DNA from: an uncultured Bdellovibrionales bacterium
GTDB taxonomy: Bacteria > Patescibacteriota > Minisyncoccia > Moranbacterales > UBA1568
Direction of reading: 5' to 3'
Assembly: GCA_964436855.1 (NCBI GenBank)
Contig: CAYTED010000005.1
Span: 2,539 to 66,538 of the forward strand
DNA: 64,000 bases
Shown: one piece after another, positions 28,554 to 38,857 of the stretch
Layout of the letters: the number at the start of each line of letters is the position of its first letter
How positions within the stretch are numbered: position 1 is the stretch's first letter
Position numbers and translations under genes: made by a program
The notes under the pieces: generated by a model
What the model was told of the DNA's origin: nothing
The model's database searches: none
Seen by the model: only the letters and a program-made list of their open reading frames with translations

Positions 28554-30137
28554 TCAGAGATCGTTTCCCGAATACGAGAGATTGAAACTCTTGTTGATAA
28601 GCGGGAAATCCGGAAGCATATCGTTCGGGAAAACGTATGGGAATATCTGCCAGTTTAGAGACGAAGGATCCCGAACCTTCACGCGAGCGATATACCCCTC
28701 CCGGTCCGTTGCAACAAAGTATACGATATCTCCGCGCCACCCTTCGGCAATACCGATTGCCATTCCTTTCGCGCGAAGCGGTTTTTGTTCCACGCGCAGC
28801 ATACCGTCCGTTTCATACGGAAGCAGTGTCAACACTTGATTCAAAATCCGGAATGACTCTCGGATTTCGCGAATTTTAACAAGAAAGCGTGCATACACAT
28901 CGCCCGCTTCTTCGGTCGGAATACCGAACTGCACCGAACCGTATTCCGCATATGGAAAATCCGCTCGCGCGTCATTCGCTTCGCCAAGCGCCCGAATCGG
29001 CACTCCGGTCACTCCGTGGTCAAGAGCGATATTTTTCGCGAGCGCGCCTGTTCCTTTTAATCGATTGAGAAGCGAATCACTCTCCATGGACGCATCGTAC
29101 ACTTCCTCAAAATCATTTTCGATCCGTTCGAGATCATCGGCAAGCATATCGGCAAGCGCTTCCGGAATATCCGTCATCACCCCGCCCACGACAACCGCGC
29201 CACGGAAATATCGATTTCCGGAAATTCGCTCATTCCACTGCATGATTCGCTCACGAAGCCGCGCGCCATTTGAACCGCCGAAGGAAAATCCGGTATCGAG
29301 CATAATAAATCCGATGTCGTTGAAATGATTGGCGAGTCGTTCCATTTCCGCAAAGATCATCCGAAGAAATCCGGCGCGCTTGGAAATCGAAATGTCCGAA
29401 AGCGATTCGATCGCCTGCGCGTAAGAAAGCGCGTGCGCCACGGTACTATCTCCCGACACTCGCTCGGCAAGCGCGATTTTCTTTTCCATTGGAAGCGTTT
29501 CAAACAGTTTTTCCACACCCTTATGAACCCAGCCGAGCTGCGCCTCGAACTTTACCACTTCTTCACCGAGCAAGCTGAAACGAAAATGCCCCGGTTCGAT
29601 AATTCCCGCGTGCACCGGCCCGACCGGCACCACATACACCCCTTCCCCCTCCATTTTTCCAAATGCATACGATTCTTTTGACATTTCAGGGCGCGTCGTT
29701 CCATTGAAATCCTTTCGGAGCGGATACACTCCCTTCGGCCAATTTCCATGCAAATTTATTGGGCGAGAATCCGGATTCCCCTCCGGTTCCAATCCGAAAA
29801 ATGTCCGAATCTCTCGCTCGTATCCGCCCGCCTGATGCAGTGTCGCCACCAGCGATGGAAACTTCGGAACATTCGGATCAATGGTAAGATACGGGACAAG
29901 AAAAATATTTTCTTTCGGAACGCCGAAAACATAACACACGCGGAACATTCCCGTATCTTTTCGGTCATCCATCGCGCTCAACGTTTTTAAGGGAAGTCCG
30001 TGAATTTTCACCAGGTTTTCACACATCGAAACGATTTCCCGCGCATCAACACGAAATGGAATAACACCCCCAACTTCAACATCGGAGACATAACGCTCAA
30101 GACCGAATTGCTTCAATATTTCAAATGCTCGTTTCAT
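28554..30137 (-). CDS. Ehr/HycE-like large subunit (NuoC-NuoD-like fusion) lacking NiFe cysteines
   Basis: YEREI..FFG, YPLRKDF, GPVHAGIIEPGHFRF, HKGVEK, EGWRG; L1 reads RVSGDS, L2 reads NLSYSGNDL. Confidence 0.9.
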   Translation of the reverse strand: MKRAFEILKQFGLERYVSDVEVGGVIPFRVDAREIVSMCENLVKIHGLPLKTLSAMDDRKDTGMFRVCYVFGVPKENIFLVPYLTIDPNVPKFPSLVATLHQAGGYEREIRTFFGLEPEGNPDSRPINLHGNWPKGVYPLRKDFNGTTRPEMSKESYAFGKMEGEGVYVVPVGPVHAGIIEPGHFRFSLLGEEVVKFEAQLGWVHKGVEKLFETLPMEKKIALAERVSGDSTVAHALSYAQAIESLSDISISKRAGFLRMIFAEMERLANHFNDIGFIMLDTGFSFGGSNGARLRERIMQWNERISGNRYFRGAVVVGGVMTDIPEALADMLADDLERIENDFEEVYDASMESDSLLNRLKGTGALAKNIALDHGVTGVPIRALGEANDARADFPYAEYGSVQFGIPTEEAGDVYARFLVKIREIRESFRILNQVLTLLPYETDGMLRVEQKPLRAKGMAIGIAEGWRGDIVYFVATDREGYIARVKVRDPSSLNWQIFPYVFPNDMLPDFPLINKSFNLSYSGNDL

Positions 30138-30147
30138 AGGAAAAATA

Positions 30148-31605
30148 CTAGTGTCTACTCGTTAGAATATCCGCTCCGCCGGAAAGAATATGCTCAAGCG
30201 GCGGAACAAGCCACCACGAGAAAATCACCGAAAAAAGAAACAAGAGAATAACCGGCCACACCGTCAAACGATTGCTTTCCCCTATGGTTACCCCTTCCGG
30301 AACCGGACCGAAAAGCATCCCCGTAACACTCCGGATAAATCCAAAAAAAAGAACGGCGAGGAAAAACAATGCGAATGACACAAGATACGGATGCTCGACA
30401 AATCCGCTCGAGAGAATACCGAACTTCGTGAAAAACATTCCGAATGGAGGCATACCGAGAAGCGCGAGCGAAGTGGCAAAAAAGACGACCCCGGTCGACG
30501 GAAGCGCCTGAAGAACACCGCGAATATTCTCGATCTTGGTCGAACCGTATTTCAAGAAAATATTTCCCGCCGAAAAAAAGAGGAGCGACTTCAGAATCGA
30601 ATGATAGAAAAGATGAAGCAAAGCCGGTAACACCGCCGCCCCGCCGAATCCAAAACCAAGCGCCGCGATTCCCATATGATCAACGCTCGAATACGCAAGC
30701 AAACGTTTGTAATTTTTCTGAACAAGAATGATAAGCGCGGAAAGTCCGAGAGAGAGAAAACCGAAAAAAAGAAGCGTCTGATTGACAAACTCGACTCCAT
30801 TCGCCGCTTCCATCACCTCACGAAATCGAAGGATCGCAAAAAAAGCCACATTCAAGAGCACCCCCGACAGAAGCGCCGATATCGGCGATGGAGCTTTGCT
30901 ATGACCATCCGGAAGCCACGTATGCATCGGCGCGAGCCCAACCTTTGTTCCAAAACCAACAAGCACAAAGACAAACGCGATTTTTGCGGCAAGCGGCGAC
31001 AGTCCATTTTTCGCAGCAAGTTCGAGGCCGCTCCAATTTGGAATCGACACGCCATTGTACGGGAGCGAAAGGAACAACATTGTCCCAAGAAGACCGAGAA
31101 GAAGTCCGAGCGAGTTCAACAAAAGATATTTCCATGCCGCTTCGGTCGCGGACTGCTTGTTGTAAAAACTGATCAGAAATACCGTCGAGAGCGTAGTCGC
31201 TTCGATCGCGATCCACAAAAGAATCGGGTAATCCGCAAGAACCGCAACCAGCATTGCGAACAAGAAAAGCTCAAAGAGCAGATAATATTGCCGGACCCGC
31301 GCAAGACCGATAATTCCTTTTTTTGTTTCCTCGCGAAGATACCCAACCGAATGAAACGCGGCAAAAAGTCCGATCCCCGAAACAATCAAAAGAAACCACG
31401 CGCCGAGCGGATCGAGACGGAAAAGATCTCCAAGGATAACCGTTTCTCCTCGCGAAACCGCCAATGTGGCCGATATCGACGCGAGAAACGACACTCCTTG
31501 CGCGCCAAGGGCGACGCATTCAACCAAAAAACGCGCCTCCTTCCGAAGGAAGAGAATCATCAAAGCGGCGAGAAATGGAGCAAAGAGAACAAAAAAGAGT
31601 GTCAT
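30148..31605 (-). CDS. HyfF-like antiporter-type membrane subunit
   Basis: WIAIEATT, EAAWKY, GFGTKVGLAPMHTWLPDGH, KRLLAYSS. Confidence 0.9.
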   Translation of the reverse strand: MTLFFVLFAPFLAALMILFLRKEARFLVECVALGAQGVSFLASISATLAVSRGETVILGDLFRLDPLGAWFLLIVSGIGLFAAFHSVGYLREETKKGIIGLARVRQYYLLFELFLFAMLVAVLADYPILLWIAIEATTLSTVFLISFYNKQSATEAAWKYLLLNSLGLLLGLLGTMLFLSLPYNGVSIPNWSGLELAAKNGLSPLAAKIAFVFVLVGFGTKVGLAPMHTWLPDGHSKAPSPISALLSGVLLNVAFFAILRFREVMEAANGVEFVNQTLLFFGFLSLGLSALIILVQKNYKRLLAYSSVDHMGIAALGFGFGGAAVLPALLHLFYHSILKSLLFFSAGNIFLKYGSTKIENIRGVLQALPSTGVVFFATSLALLGMPPFGMFFTKFGILSSGFVEHPYLVSFALFFLAVLFFGFIRSVTGMLFGPVPEGVTIGESNRLTVWPVILLFLFSVIFSWWLVPPLEHILSGGADILTSRH

Positions 31606-31616
31606 AATCGTTGCCG

Positions 31617-32276
31617 TTATTCTTCAATAAGTTTTTTCATATCGGCGGTCGAGAGCGATCCGAATTGTCGATAGATAATCGATACAAACGCCGTCGCCAC
31701 AAGAATCCACACGAAAAGATCGAACAAAATACCGATATCGAGACCAATCGAAGTTTTGACACCGGCAAGCGCCGACAGAAAAACAATACTGTTTTCAAGC
31801 GACAAAATGCCCACGATCTGCGTCAGCACACCGCGCCGATTGATAAGGAGAAAAATCGATACGAGCACCATCGCCAAATTTATGGAAAACATTCCAATCG
31901 TCTCCGGGACGCTCGTCCCCAATGGTACGATAATCTTCGAATGAGCCACCGCGACAATCAGAAGAATCACCCCGAGAGTAATCGGCGTATTCGCGTAATT
32001 CGTTCCGGACATCGCCCCGCTTCCAATACGACGAAAAAGACGGAAAAAGAATGCCGGGGCAAGTATACCCTTCACAAAAAATGAAAGAAGGGCGACCCAT
32101 AAAAACCCCTTCTCCGATTCAGACAAACCAAGTAAAAAAAGCAATCCTGAAAGAAGAATCGATTGCATCACGTAGAGGAAGACCAGACTCGCGTTTCGAT
32201 GCACGACGTTCATAAGCAGCACCGAAACAAAAGCAGCGATGTCGATGAGAAAAAGAATGCCGTACCAAGTTTCCAT
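31617..32276 (-). CDS. HyfE-like membrane subunit
   Basis: Multi-TM; QIVGILSLENSI motif; position in the operon. Confidence 0.85.
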   Translation of the reverse strand: METWYGILFLIDIAAFVSVLLMNVVHRNASLVFLYVMQSILLSGLLFLLGLSESEKGFLWVALLSFFVKGILAPAFFFRLFRRIGSGAMSGTNYANTPITLGVILLIVAVAHSKIIVPLGTSVPETIGMFSINLAMVLVSIFLLINRRGVLTQIVGILSLENSIVFLSALAGVKTSIGLDIGILFDLFVWILVATAFVSIIYRQFGSLSTADMKKLIEE

Positions 32277-32288
32277 ATGATGGATTCC

Positions 32289-33236
32289 TTAAATCGTAAT
32301 AATAATAACGAGCGCGATCACCGCAAGTACAAACGAGGTAAAAAGGAGATCGGGTACTCGGAAAATACGGAATTTTGCGATTGTCGATTCAAGGAGCGCG
32401 ATCACCATAAGGAATCCGAATGATTTTACAAGAAAAAGAGCCACCGAAAAAACGATTTCTTTCAACTCAAATGTCAACGAAAGTCCCCATGGGAAGAATA
32501 TATTCGCTCCGAGCGCGATAAAGATGAGTAATTTATTCGCCGCCGCCCACTCCAAAAGAGCGAGACGCTTTCCGGAGTACTCGAGAATCATCGCTTCGTG
32601 AATCATTGTCAGTTCAAGGTGTGTTGCCGGATTATCGACCGGAAATCTGGCATTTTCGGCGAGAAGAGCGATAAAAAACGCAATAAATGCGACAAATATC
32701 GGGAGAAGATTCTGAAGAGGAAAACCGGAAAGCTCAACCGAAATCGCCGCGAGATTCGTCGTTCCGGCCGCGAACGATGGCACGAGAAGAGCAAAGAACA
32801 GGCCTCCTTCGGCGAGCGCCGCCACCATCATTTCCCGACTGGACCCAAATCCTCCAAACGCACTCGCGGCATCCATACCGGCAAGCGCAAGAAAAAAAGT
32901 TCCCAACAAGAGAAGGTACACAACGATCAGAAAATCTCCCGCCGGAGCATACGGCGTGATTGCCGAGAAAATCGGAATACTCGCACCGATACATACCGTT
33001 ACACCAAATACAATATATGGCGCGACACGAAAAATCCATGAAGCGCTCTCCGAAATCACCTCGTCTTTTCGGAAGAGTTTTCGTAAATCAAAGTACGGCT
33101 GCAACACGCTCGCTCCTTCACGATTCTGCATTTTCGCTTTTATCTTTCGGATAATGCCGATCGCAAGCGGCGACAATGCCGGAATGACAATAATCTGCAA
33201 GAGAAAAAAGAAAATGTTTTGAGACAAGGAAGTCAT
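32289..33236 (-). CDS. HyfC/HycD (NuoH-like) membrane subunit
   Basis: RKIKAKMQNREG..QPYFDL.KL, GSSRE, ENARFPVD..THLELTMIHEAMILEYSG. Confidence 0.92.
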   Translation of the reverse strand: MTSLSQNIFFFLLQIIVIPALSPLAIGIIRKIKAKMQNREGASVLQPYFDLRKLFRKDEVISESASWIFRVAPYIVFGVTVCIGASIPIFSAITPYAPAGDFLIVVYLLLLGTFFLALAGMDAASAFGGFGSSREMMVAALAEGGLFFALLVPSFAAGTTNLAAISVELSGFPLQNLLPIFVAFIAFFIALLAENARFPVDNPATHLELTMIHEAMILEYSGKRLALLEWAAANKLLIFIALGANIFFPWGLSLTFELKEIVFSVALFLVKSFGFLMVIALLESTIAKFRIFRVPDLLFTSFVLAVIALVIIITI

Positions 33237-33254
33237 ATTTTTTCGATACACTAT

Positions 33255-35303
33255 TTATTGTCGTACCGCCCACAACAGCAGAAACAGGAGCGTGAGAAAA
33301 CTGTAAAAAAAATACGTATTGATATTTCCCGTTTGAATTCGTTTCGCTCGCCGCCCCATCCACTCAAGAAATTTTTCAAACGGCCGATAGAGATACCCGC
33401 GATACACATCGAAGAGTCCGGTTTCCAATGACTGCGACTGGATAAAATACCGCATATGCTCGTCATGATATTCCACATCAAGCTGTCTTGTTGGTCGGAG
33501 AAGTCCCCGAAAAATCGTCACGAGCGACCGAGAAAAGCCCGCCGCGGTAATTTCCATCGACGCGTCGATCGGCGCACCGCAATCCCATGTCTGAAAAACA
33601 GTTACTGTTCGTTTGCGCGTGAAAAAATACACTCCTCCGCACACCAGTATCATTGTTATAACAAATCCGGCCGCCACCCATTCAAGCGGAAGCACCGTAG
33701 AAAAAACCTCTCGATTCTCAATCAACTCCATAAACGCAAACTGAAGTGATTCTCCCGACCCTCCCGCGACACTCCCGACAACACCGAGAATACCAGCAAT
33801 CACCGTCGTCGAAAACACCCCAAGAAGAACGGTCAGCCCGGCAAGAATTCCCATTGAAAAAAGCATCGACCATGAAAGTTCTTTTGCTTCTCTTGCCTCG
33901 TCCGTTCTCGGCTTTGCGAGAAACGTTACTCCAAACGCTTTTACAAAGCACGCGGCGGCGAGCCCTCCCGAAAAAACAAGAACGCCGATAGCAAACAGAA
34001 ACACTCCTTTCACAAGAATACTCGGAGACGCGATACCGATAAAAAGCGACTGAAAAGTAAACCACTCGCTCGCAAATCCGGAAAGCGGCGGCAACGCGGA
34101 AATCGCCATCGATCCGATCAAGAAAAAGAATCCCGTCCACGGAAGCGCCTTCAGAAGTCCGCCGTACGATTCCATATTTCTTGTTCCCGTGGACGCGACA
34201 ACCGAACCCGCTCCAAGAAAAAGGAGCGATTTGAACATCGCGTGATTCATCGTATGGTAGAGCGCCGCAGCAAGTCCGAAAAACGCCAATTGCTCTTTTC
34301 CGTATCCGATCGCGACTACCGCGCTCCCCACACCGAGAAGAATGATTCCGATATTTTCCACGCTCGAATACGCGAGCATTTTTTTGATATCGGAATTGGA
34401 CAGCGCATACAAAATACCGAACAAGACCGTAAAGCCGGCAAGTACCAATATGAACAATCCCCATTCCATACGTGCCCCCGGAAAAAAATCAAAAAATATG
34501 CGAATAATCATCAGAATAGCCGTCTTGATCATGACTCCGGAAAGAATCGCCGAAACATGCGACGGTGCGGCCGGGTGTGCTTCCGGAAGCCAGATATGCA
34601 ACGGGATAATGCCGGCCTTTGTACCAAATCCGATCAGCGCGAAAAAATATATCATATTCAACGCGACATCGGAAACCGTTCCATATGACGCCCTCCATAT
34701 ATCAAAATCGAAACTTCCGGTCGCCGAGAACGCGACAAAAAACGACAAGATGACAAAAACAGTCCCGAAGTGCGTCATTAAAAGATACTGAAATCCAGCA
34801 AAGACACCGTCTTTATTCGATCGGTCGGCGATAATAAGAAAATATGAAACGATCGACATCAACTCCCACACCAGTAAAAAGAAAATGCCATTGTTCGCCA
34901 TTGACACAAGAAAAAGCGACGCGATAAATATCGGATACGAGAAACCGAACAATTCCGTCCGAAAATGATCCGCCGTTTTTCGAAAATACCCGAATCCGTA
35001 GAGCGAAGCAACGGTGGTTACTCCGGACAATATCAGAAGGAAAAACGCCGACAGACCATCGATTCGAAACGCGAAATCAAAATAGGCAAGCCGCCCCGGA
35101 AGAAAAAAGGAAATTCCTTCTCCCCGGAAGAGAATATTCGACGAAAACACCGCCATCCAAAGAGAGCCGATGAAGCTGAATCCGTGCGAGAGTTCAATCG
35201 CCACTGCTTTGGAAAATCGTCCGCCGAGAAACGAAAGAAATCCCGCGGTGACAAGAAGCCCGAGAATCGAAAACAGTTCCGTGATTGTTGCGGTATGCTC
35301 CAT
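33255..35303 (-). CDS. HyfB/HycC-like antiporter-type membrane subunit
   Basis: WELMS, GFGTKAGIIPLHIWLPEAHPAAPS, LAYSSVEN, PPLSGFASEW, TWDCG. Confidence 0.92.
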   Translation of the reverse strand: MEHTATITELFSILGLLVTAGFLSFLGGRFSKAVAIELSHGFSFIGSLWMAVFSSNILFRGEGISFFLPGRLAYFDFAFRIDGLSAFFLLILSGVTTVASLYGFGYFRKTADHFRTELFGFSYPIFIASLFLVSMANNGIFFLLVWELMSIVSYFLIIADRSNKDGVFAGFQYLLMTHFGTVFVILSFFVAFSATGSFDFDIWRASYGTVSDVALNMIYFFALIGFGTKAGIIPLHIWLPEAHPAAPSHVSAILSGVMIKTAILMIIRIFFDFFPGARMEWGLFILVLAGFTVLFGILYALSNSDIKKMLAYSSVENIGIILLGVGSAVVAIGYGKEQLAFFGLAAALYHTMNHAMFKSLLFLGAGSVVASTGTRNMESYGGLLKALPWTGFFFLIGSMAISALPPLSGFASEWFTFQSLFIGIASPSILVKGVFLFAIGVLVFSGGLAAACFVKAFGVTFLAKPRTDEAREAKELSWSMLFSMGILAGLTVLLGVFSTTVIAGILGVVGSVAGGSGESLQFAFMELIENREVFSTVLPLEWVAAGFVITMILVCGGVYFFTRKRTVTVFQTWDCGAPIDASMEITAAGFSRSLVTIFRGLLRPTRQLDVEYHDEHMRYFIQSQSLETGLFDVYRGYLYRPFEKFLEWMGRRAKRIQTGNINTYFFYSFLTLLFLLLWAVRQ

Positions 35304-35311
35304 ATTCTTGA

Positions 35312-35872
35312 TTATTGCGTCTCTTTTTTCTCCTCTCTTGTTTTCTTTCGATCTATTTTATCTCCCTCTTCAAAGAGAGAAAAAAGCGAGGCAATCACTT
35401 GTTTTGGCGATGGCGGGTCCCCGGGAATACAAAAATCAACCGGGATAACATCCGATACCGAGTCGTATATCGCGTATGATCCGCGAAAAATCCCCCCATT
35501 GATCGCTCCATCTCCGACCGCCACCACAATTTTTGGTGTTGGCATCGCTTCGTATGTCTTTCGGAGCGCTTCTCCCATATTGCGCGAAACTGGTCCGGTT
35601 ACCATAAGCATATCCGCGTGTCGTGGCGAAGCGACAAATTTGATTCCAAATCGCTCCACATCGTAATAACAATTGGAAAGCGCGGTCAATTCCTGCTCTT
35701 CGGCGTTCGACGAACCGGCCGCCACTTCCCGAATGGCGAGTGATCCATTAAAAAGTTCCGATATTTTCCCTTTGAGTCTCTCGCCAATGACCTCAACCTC
35801 ATCAGAAAGAAGCTCTCCTAGAGGAAGGATTGTTTTCGGGGTCGTCGCCATTTTTCGTAAGATGCCGTACAT
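35312..35872 (-). CDS. NuoB/HycG-like small subunit with all four Fe-S cysteines substituted
   Basis: DVERFGIKFVASPRHADML.VTGPV is intact, but GSSNAE, VGDGA and IPGDPP replace GSCNGC, VG.CA and IPGCPP; start ATG 35872. Confidence 0.9.
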   Translation of the reverse strand: MYGILRKMATTPKTILPLGELLSDEVEVIGERLKGKISELFNGSLAIREVAAGSSNAEEQELTALSNCYYDVERFGIKFVASPRHADMLMVTGPVSRNMGEALRKTYEAMPTPKIVVAVGDGAINGGIFRGSYAIYDSVSDVIPVDFCIPGDPPSPKQVIASLFSLFEEGDKIDRKKTREEKKETQ

Positions 35873-35974
35873 AGAAAATACAGAAAAACAGAGAATTCCC
35901 TCCATTCCCTGCATTACTTCAAAAATTGTCGAGGAAATACTGAAATATCCTACTCTTTCGGGAAAATTTGTCAA
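35873..35974 (-). promoter_or_regulatory. Promoter and attenuator-like leader of the Ehr-like operon
   Basis: TTGACA-16-TAGGAT; terminator CAGGGAAU-7 nt-AUUCUCUG-U5; an upstream AUUUCCU can pair with its 5' arm. Confidence 0.5.
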
Positions 35975-36603
35975 TTTTCAGACCGATCGGTTACGAAAAC
36001 GTTTCTTTCTTTTCGACGTTCAACCACATATCGATGCACCACAGGAAGAAATGAAATAAAGACGATACCGAGAATAATCGGGAGAAGGTATCTGTCGACG
36101 TCAATCACACTCCCAAGGAAATACCCCGCAAGAATAAGACCGAAAACCCACAAAAATCCTCCCAAAAGACTGAATAAAAGAAACGGTTTTCGATTCATTT
36201 TCGCCACACCGGCAATAATTGGCGCAAAGGTCCGAATAATTGGCATAAACCGTGCAAGAAGAATCGTTTTCCCGCCGTTTTCTTCGTAAAACATCCGCGC
36301 ACTTTCCGCGTGTTTTTTCTTGAAAAAAAATGAATCTTCTCGGGCAAACAGTCTCTCACCGACACGATGGCCAAATTCGTATCCGGCAATATTTCCGAAA
36401 ATCGCGGACAAAAACACCGCGATCAACAATATTGGAAGCGAAAAAAGATCCTGTGACGCAAGAAAGCCCGCAACAAACAAAAGACTATCTCCCGGCAGAA
36501 AAAATCCCAAAAAAAGTCCCGTCTCCGCAAACACAATAAAGCAAACCCCGACAAGCCCAATTGTCGTAATAAAATGTGGAAGACTGATACCAAAAAATTC
36601 CAT
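35971..36603 (-). CDS. DedA-family membrane protein
   Basis: FAETGLFLGFFLPGDSLLF, LARFMPIIRTFAP. Confidence 0.93.
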   Translation of the reverse strand: MEFFGISLPHFITTIGLVGVCFIVFAETGLFLGFFLPGDSLLFVAGFLASQDLFSLPILLIAVFLSAIFGNIAGYEFGHRVGERLFAREDSFFFKKKHAESARMFYEENGGKTILLARFMPIIRTFAPIIAGVAKMNRKPFLLFSLLGGFLWVFGLILAGYFLGSVIDVDRYLLPIILGIVFISFLPVVHRYVVERRKERNVFVTDRSEN

Positions 36604-36668
36604 ATAAAAAACAATAGCCTTTCCTCTTAGTATACTAGTATACCCGAAATCCCGCCGAAAAGAAAATT

Positions 36669-38750
36669 CTAATACCTCGATTCCCTATAGAGAAGATTGG
36701 CGATTTTTTGCGGGATCATTCCTTTTCGAACGAGCTCCGAAACACCATCTTCAAACGCTTTCTCCATGCTCCGCTCACCGAATGATGCATCTATTTTCTC
36801 AAGCTCCTCCGCATGTGTCGAAAAAATAACTTCCGCGCGTTTTTTTGAATGCGCGAAAAAATCCCGATAGAGAGAAAGAATGCGATCGACGGTACCAATA
36901 TACTCTTCGGACTCCAGTCGGGATCGTTCTTTCAGTCGGGAAAGTTCTTTGGTGGTTTTCTGCGCCATAACCTGTTGCGCCCGATAATACGCGTATTGTT
37001 CCGACAGCGTTTCCGTATCGCTCAACTCTTGTCCCAGCAGTTTTTTTCCGATATGAACAATATATTCGAACCAGTCCGGATCATACGCATGCTCATTTTC
37101 CGGAACTTGCGATTCGCCCCGCTCCACGCGATCCGATTGTATTTCCAATTTTGATTCGAGACGACGAAATACATGGTCCGGAATTTCCCGATACATAAAC
37201 AAGAGTTTCAGAACATACCTCTCGGTTCCAATCGCATAGAGACGGATCGCGCGCTCGAACGCAAGCGCATCATTCGAGAGAACAATGCCGCACTCCTCGC
37301 ATTCTCGATTGAAATTCGATCGATATTTTTCCTTGAGCGTATCATACACGGAATTTCGCAAATATCCCTTCTCAAAAAATCCCTCAAGCTTGGAAAGCGC
37401 ATGCGAAAATGCATACGCCCGACTCTGTCGATACTCCGCATTTTCCACGGAAGAAAGCGTGTCCAATCGGTATTTTCGGATCAGTCGCCCGATTGTCGTC
37501 GCTTTCACGAAAAGGGTAAAATAAATACATCCGATCGTCAGCGTCATCAGAAATTCCCTCACAGAAAAATCATAGGTCCACCCCGGAACAGAAAGATCGT
37601 TTGGAACAAGAAGAACCATCGTAACCGCAAGCGCGCCTCGCAAGCTTCCCCACGACAAAAGATGCTGCCAGAGAATGGGAATATGATCTTCCCACTTGAA
37701 TCGATTGAGAACCATCACTACCGGATAAATCGAGAATGCTCTCGCTATCATCACTACCACAACCGTAATCAAAATAGGAACGGCAAACGCCCGAAAATCA
37801 ATCGGGAGCCCCGCAAACAAAAGTCCCATAGAAATAAAAACAAGCGAGTTCGCAAGAAACGCGAAATATCCCCAATACCGTTCAAGAAACGATTCTACCC
37901 GGGGAGAAATCTTTGAGCGCCCATAATTTCCAATCACCATCGACGCCATCACGGTCGCAACAATAGACGAGAGATGGATGGTATGCCCGCCGAAAGAAAA
38001 AAGATGAGCAAGTGCTTCTGAAAGAATAAAGGTGAGATGCGACACCAGCATGGTAATCGTTACCTCGGCGTGCTCGTCCTCTTCAACCCTTTCGAGGATC
38101 TTCGCAAACAAAAATCCCATCAAAAGACCAAAAAGCACTCCGCCGGCCACCATGATCGAGAATGAAATTATGCCGGCAAAAATTGTCTCGGCTCCATGAA
38201 ACCCGTTTGTTGCCACGCCCAGCACAACAAAAAAAAGCGCGAGCGATGTTCCATCATTAAAAAGACTCTCCCCTTCGAACAGAAACGAGAGGCGTCTTGG
38301 CACGCCATATTCTTTAAACAGTGCGAGTACCGCAACCGGATCCGTCGCCGAAATCAACGCGCCAAAAAGAAACAAAACGACCATCGGCACATCCAACCCA
38401 AATGAAGAAAGCGCGTACCACAGCACTATTCCGATAAAACCAGCAGAAAGCAACAAACTCAACACCGACAACAATGAAACGGCGCGGATATTTCGCTGCA
38501 GTTCCCGAATTTTCATATTGTATGCGGACTCGAAGATAAGAATCGGGAGAAAAATATAAAACAAGAGTTCCGGCGTCAGCGTAAATTCACGCAAAAACGA
38601 AAACGGACCGATATGCGAAAGCGGCACAAGAAGCGAACCCACCAACACAAGAAGCACCGTATACGGCGCCTTGATTTTCCGTGCGAGGTAGAATGTCCCC
38701 ACGGAAGTAAGGAGGAGAATAAAAAGAGAAAGTGTGTATTCAAGAGACAT
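36669..38750 (-). CDS. CPA1 (NhaP-type) Na+/H+ antiporter with long cytoplasmic tail
   Basis: FLPILIFESA, ISATDPVAV, EGESLFNDG, WGSLRGA; start ATG 38750. Confidence 0.92.
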   Translation of the reverse strand: MSLEYTLSLFILLLTSVGTFYLARKIKAPYTVLLVLVGSLLVPLSHIGPFSFLREFTLTPELLFYIFLPILIFESAYNMKIRELQRNIRAVSLLSVLSLLLSAGFIGIVLWYALSSFGLDVPMVVLFLFGALISATDPVAVLALFKEYGVPRRLSFLFEGESLFNDGTSLALFFVVLGVATNGFHGAETIFAGIISFSIMVAGGVLFGLLMGFLFAKILERVEEDEHAEVTITMLVSHLTFILSEALAHLFSFGGHTIHLSSIVATVMASMVIGNYGRSKISPRVESFLERYWGYFAFLANSLVFISMGLLFAGLPIDFRAFAVPILITVVVVMIARAFSIYPVVMVLNRFKWEDHIPILWQHLLSWGSLRGALAVTMVLLVPNDLSVPGWTYDFSVREFLMTLTIGCIYFTLFVKATTIGRLIRKYRLDTLSSVENAEYRQSRAYAFSHALSKLEGFFEKGYLRNSVYDTLKEKYRSNFNRECEECGIVLSNDALAFERAIRLYAIGTERYVLKLLFMYREIPDHVFRRLESKLEIQSDRVERGESQVPENEHAYDPDWFEYIVHIGKKLLGQELSDTETLSEQYAYYRAQQVMAQKTTKELSRLKERSRLESEEYIGTVDRILSLYRDFFAHSKKRAEVIFSTHAEELEKIDASFGERSMEKAFEDGVSELVRKGMIPQKIANLLYRESRY

Positions 38751-38796
38751 ATAAAAAACCGAGATACGCGATAAAAAAGATTTTGAAAACGGACTC

Positions 38797-38852
38797 AAAA
38801 AAAACGCGGACGAGGCCACTCGACCGCACCGGCACAGAGATGTATGACAACC
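38797..38852 (-). promoter_or_regulatory. Candidate cation-sensing riboswitch (nhaA-I-like) with intrinsic terminator
   Basis: GGUUGUCAUAC...GUGCCGGUGCGGUCGAGUGGCC; terminator GCGGuCGAG-UGGC-CUCGuCCGC-G-U8 overlaps a GGUC/GGCC stem. Family resemblance is from memory. Confidence 0.55.
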
Positions 38853-38857
38853 ATTCC

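Noticed and set aside
28554-35872. Functional group 4 [NiFe]-hydrogenase or formate hydrogenlyase
   Set aside because: Both NiFe CxxC motifs and all small-subunit Fe-S cysteines are absent; no maturation or ferredoxin genes in the window.
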